Shown here: piece by piece, positions 61,060 to 64,000 of the stretch | How the letters are laid out: each line of letters starts with the position of its first letter | Numbering within the stretch: position 1 is the stretch's first letter | Assembly: GCA_038888155.1 (NCBI GenBank) | Contig: JAWAJB010000004.1 | Coordinates: forward strand, 96,001-160,000 | Length of the DNA stretch: 64,000 bases | DNA from: Desulfurococcaceae archaeon | Lineage (GTDB): Archaea; Thermoproteota; Thermoprotei_A; Sulfolobales; Desulfurococcaceae | Direction: 5' to 3' | Made by a program: the position numbers and the translations under genes | Notes under the pieces: generated by a model | The model's database searches: none | Told to the model about the DNA's origin: nothing | What the model saw: the letters and a program-made list of their open reading frames with translations, nothing else

Positions 61060-63270
61060 ATGGTTAAGTACAAGCAATCAGCAGAAGTGCTCAAAATAAT
61101 GAAGAACATCGAGCAAATTAGGAACATAGGTATCACAGCGCACGTTGACCACGGAAAAACAACTCTCTCGGACTCATTGTTGAGCGCTGCTGGGCTGCTA
61201 TCAGAGAAGCTAGCGGGACAGGCACTGGCTCTAGATTACCTAGACGTAGAGCAGAAGAGGCAAATGACAGTTAAGGCAGCAAACGTGAGCTTGTACCACG
61301 AATACCGAGGCAAGCCATTCGTTATAAACCTCATTGATACACCAGGACACGTTGACTTCCAATCGAGGACGCTGAGAGCTCTGAGGGCGATAGATGGAGC
61401 AATAGTTGTAGTAGATGCAGTTGAGGGAGTGATGACTCAGACAGAGATGTATTTAAGGGTAGCGCTAGAGGAAAGAGTGAGGCCGCTCTTGTTCATTAAC
61501 AAAGTAGACAGGCTAATAAAGGAGCTAAAGCTTTCGCCCACTGACATCCAGCAAAGACTGGTGCAGATAGTTAAAGACATAAACACGCTGATTTCGAACT
61601 ACGCCGATAAAGAGTTCCAGAAGCAGTGGTTGCTTGATCCCTCGAGGGGTCAAGTGGCTTTTGGCTCAGCTCGCGATAGGTGGGGATTGACTATCCCCAT
61701 TGCCCTGCAGAAGGGAATAAAGATCAGCGATATAATTGACATATACAACAAGGGGAAAGACGCCATAGGGGAACTACAGAAGGCTGCTCCTCTGCACGAA
61801 TCAATTCTAGACATGGTTGTGAAGTACATGCCCAACCCCAAGGAGGCCCAGAAGTACAGGATCCCCAAGATATGGCACGGCGACATTAACGCAGAAGTGG
61901 CAAAACACTTAATTGAGTGCGATCCAAACGGGCCACTCATAATGATGGTTACTGACGTAAAGGTTGATCCTCACGCCGGCCTTGTTGCGACTGGGAGGAT
62001 CTTCTCTGGTACTCTCAAACCAGGAGAGGAAATAGTGCTGCTCAACGCAAGAGCTCTTCAGAGAGTGCTCCAAGTAAGTATATACATGGGGCTGTACAGA
62101 GAGCTCGCCGACGAGATACCAGCAGGCAACATTGCAGCTGCGCTTGGACTCGATAAAGCTAGGTCAGGTGAAACTATCGTTTTCCCGGCGCTTAGGGACA
62201 TAATGACGCCCTTCGAGAGGTTGAGAATGATCACCGAGTCCGTTGTCACAGTTGCCCTAGAGCCGAAAAACCCGCAGCAGTTAACAAAGCTCATTGACTC
62301 GCTCTATAAATTGCATCTAGAGGACCCCAGCCTCATCGTGAAGATCAACGAGGAGACAGGCGAGTACTTGCTGAGCGGAGTGGGCACTCTCCACATTGAA
62401 ATTGCCCTCACCCTTCTAAAGGATTTCTACGGATTAGACGTGCTTGCTTCGCAGCCCGTAATAGTTTACAGGGAAACCATTAGAGAGGAGAGCAAGACCT
62501 TTGAGGGCAAGTCGCCCAACAAGCACAACAGGTTCTACATTAGCGTAAGGCCGCTAGACGAGACATCAATTAAATTAATACAAGAGGGCTTAGTAACTGA
62601 GGACATGGATTCACGAGAAAGGGCAAAGATACTCAGAGACCACGCGGGCTGGGACACAGATATCGCCCGCAGAATTATGGCCATTGACGAGAACATTAAC
62701 GTGCTTGTAGATATGACTTCAGGCGTTCAGTACTTACGCGAAGTGAGGGATACCTTAATTCAAGGCTTCAGGCTTAGCATGAAGGAGGGCCCATTAGCCC
62801 ACGAACCCGTGAGAGGATTAATGGTCGTGCTGCAGGATGCCTTCATACACGAAGACCCTGCGCACAGGGGCCCCGCACAAATATACCCAGCTGTCAGGAA
62901 CGCTATATTTGCAGGGTTCCTCACCTCTAAGCCAACGCTCTTAGAGCCTCTACTGAAGTACGACATAAGGGTGCCCTTGGAGTACATTGGAAACGTATCT
63001 GTTGTTATAACAAAGAAGCGAGGCAAGATACTTGACGTGCAACAATCTGAGAACCTCGCAAGACTTACCTCAGAGGTGCCTGTATCGGAGTCCTTTGATA
63101 TGGCAGACATGCTGAGAAATGCTAGCGCTGGTAAAGCTATTTGGGGACAGGACTTCAGCCGCTGGTCGCCAGTTCCAGACTCCATGCTGCTGGACTTAGC
63201 ATCCAAAATAAGGACGAGGAAAGGGCTGAAGCCAGAGCTACCGAGGCCAGAGGACTTCCTGAGCCCGTAG
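61060..63270 (+). CDS. fusA: Elongation factor 2
   Basis: [21 protein letters not shown], diphthamide loop HEDPAHRG; TTTATAAG at 60999. Confidence 0.99.
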   Translation: MVKYKQSAEVLKIMKNIEQIRNIGITAHVDHGKTTLSDSLLSAAGLLSEKLAGQALALDYLDVEQKRQMTVKAANVSLYHEYRGKPFVINLIDTPGHVDFQSRTLRALRAIDGAIVVVDAVEGVMTQTEMYLRVALEERVRPLLFINKVDRLIKELKLSPTDIQQRLVQIVKDINTLISNYADKEFQKQWLLDPSRGQVAFGSARDRWGLTIPIALQKGIKISDIIDIYNKGKDAIGELQKAAPLHESILDMVVKYMPNPKEAQKYRIPKIWHGDINAEVAKHLIECDPNGPLIMMVTDVKVDPHAGLVATGRIFSGTLKPGEEIVLLNARALQRVLQVSIYMGLYRELADEIPAGNIAAALGLDKARSGETIVFPALRDIMTPFERLRMITESVVTVALEPKNPQQLTKLIDSLYKLHLEDPSLIVKINEETGEYLLSGVGTLHIEIALTLLKDFYGLDVLASQPVIVYRETIREESKTFEGKSPNKHNRFYISVRPLDETSIKLIQEGLVTEDMDSRERAKILRDHAGWDTDIARRIMAIDENINVLVDMTSGVQYLREVRDTLIQGFRLSMKEGPLAHEPVRGLMVVLQDAFIHEDPAHRGPAQIYPAVRNAIFAGFLTSKPTLLEPLLKYDIRVPLEYIGNVSVVITKKRGKILDVQQSENLARLTSEVPVSESFDMADMLRNASAGKAIWGQDFSRWSPVPDSMLLDLASKIRTRKGLKPELPRPEDFLSP

Positions 63271-63521
63271 GTAGGTAACTGCGCATACGTTTTTACTTAG
63301 CTCTAATGCTAGCCCTAGTTTTTGCACTTAAGACTTGCATAAGATGTGTAAAAGAGGCAATTCTCGAGCTTCTTGTAGGTAATGAGAATTCCCCCAGCTG
63401 AGAGCGCAGATAAGCTCAATTGCAATAGCAGCTGGATGGCTGAGAGCCCTTAGCTAAAAGTGCTACAAGTTAGTGCGCTTTAGTAAAGCAGATCTCTGGG
63501 ATTGGGGCAAAAGGCAAATTA

Positions 63522-63620
63522 CGCCGGGGCGGGGATTCGAACCCCGGACCACCGGGTATCTGCCAGGCTACGCTGCAGTGGTTAACAGCCCGGCGCTCTA
63601 CCAGGCTGAGCTACCCCGGC
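63522..63620 (-). tRNA. tRNA-Asn(GTT) with 25-nt intron 63558-63582
   Basis: Reverse complement GCCGGGG...CCCCGGC-G; anticodon at 63584-63586; BHB CUGU/GCAG. Confidence 0.93.
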
Positions 63621-63670
63621 TCATTTTTCTATATTCAGTGGGGGGTTTTAAAGCTCGTAAAGCAAAACTG

Positions 63671-64000
63671 CTAATTTTCAGCTTTAATTACTTCCCCGTT
63701 AGCTGGAACATATATGTTCACGTCGTCTCCTAAAGCCTCCCTAAGCTTGAGGGAAAGCGAGTTTGAGTCCTGCGAGCTCCCGTGAACAATTATAATGTCC
63801 TTAACGCTGCCCTTGTAGTGCCTAGCAAATCTAATTATATCATCTCTGCTCCCGTGGCTCGATAGGGAGAGCCACTCTAGTCTTGCCTTAATGGGCCCCA
63901 CTCCAAGCTCTTGGAGCGAGCCAGCGCTGAGGATCTTGTGCCCGTTGCTGTTTGCAGATTGATAGCTCACCAGTACTACTGCATTTCTTGAGTTAGAATG
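63671..64000 (-). CDS. Beta-CASP metallo-beta-lactamase ribonuclease, C-terminal part (5' partial)
   Basis: SYQ..NS.G, LSSHG, IIVHG, PANGE. Confidence 0.85.
   Translation of the reverse strand, partial: HSNSRNAVVLVSYQSANSNGHKILSAGSLQELGVGPIKARLEWLSLSSHGSRDDIIRFARHYKGSVKDIIIVHGSSQDSNSLSLKLREALGDDVNIYVPANGEVIKAEN

Overview
This is a gene-dense housekeeping region from an archaeon, most likely Thermoproteota/Desulfurococcales (inferred from the unsplit rpoB, the long S6e and L15e, the crenarchaeal-type EndA, GGTGA Shine-Dalgarno sites and frequent TTG starts). It holds the RNA polymerase/str operons, ribosomal protein clusters, translation factors (EF-1a, EF-2, aIF1, aIF2g, aIF5B), TFB, Orc1/Cdc6, the t6A pathway (Sua5, Kae1, Bud32, two Pcc1-family genes) and the RNase P protein/proteasome/exosome superoperon. 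There are five tRNAs, four with short 37/38 BHB introns. I see no mobile elements, CRISPR arrays, rRNA genes or defence islands, and I cannot support a complete new multi-gene system. The best leads are smaller: (1) a C/D box sRNA whose C' box supplies the only ubiX start codons and whose D guide pairs with the tRNA-Leu in this window; (2) a second C/D sRNA upstream of that tRNA-Leu; (3) a K-loop-containing structured spacer between rpl24e and infB; (4) a TAG interrupting the conserved GKLEW end of RpoE'; (5) two genes that appear to need non-canonical starts; (6) a Pop5 with a membrane-anchor-like N-terminus; (7) a radical SAM enzyme with a Cys-rich insertion in its cluster motif. All family assignments come from motif recognition, not database searches.
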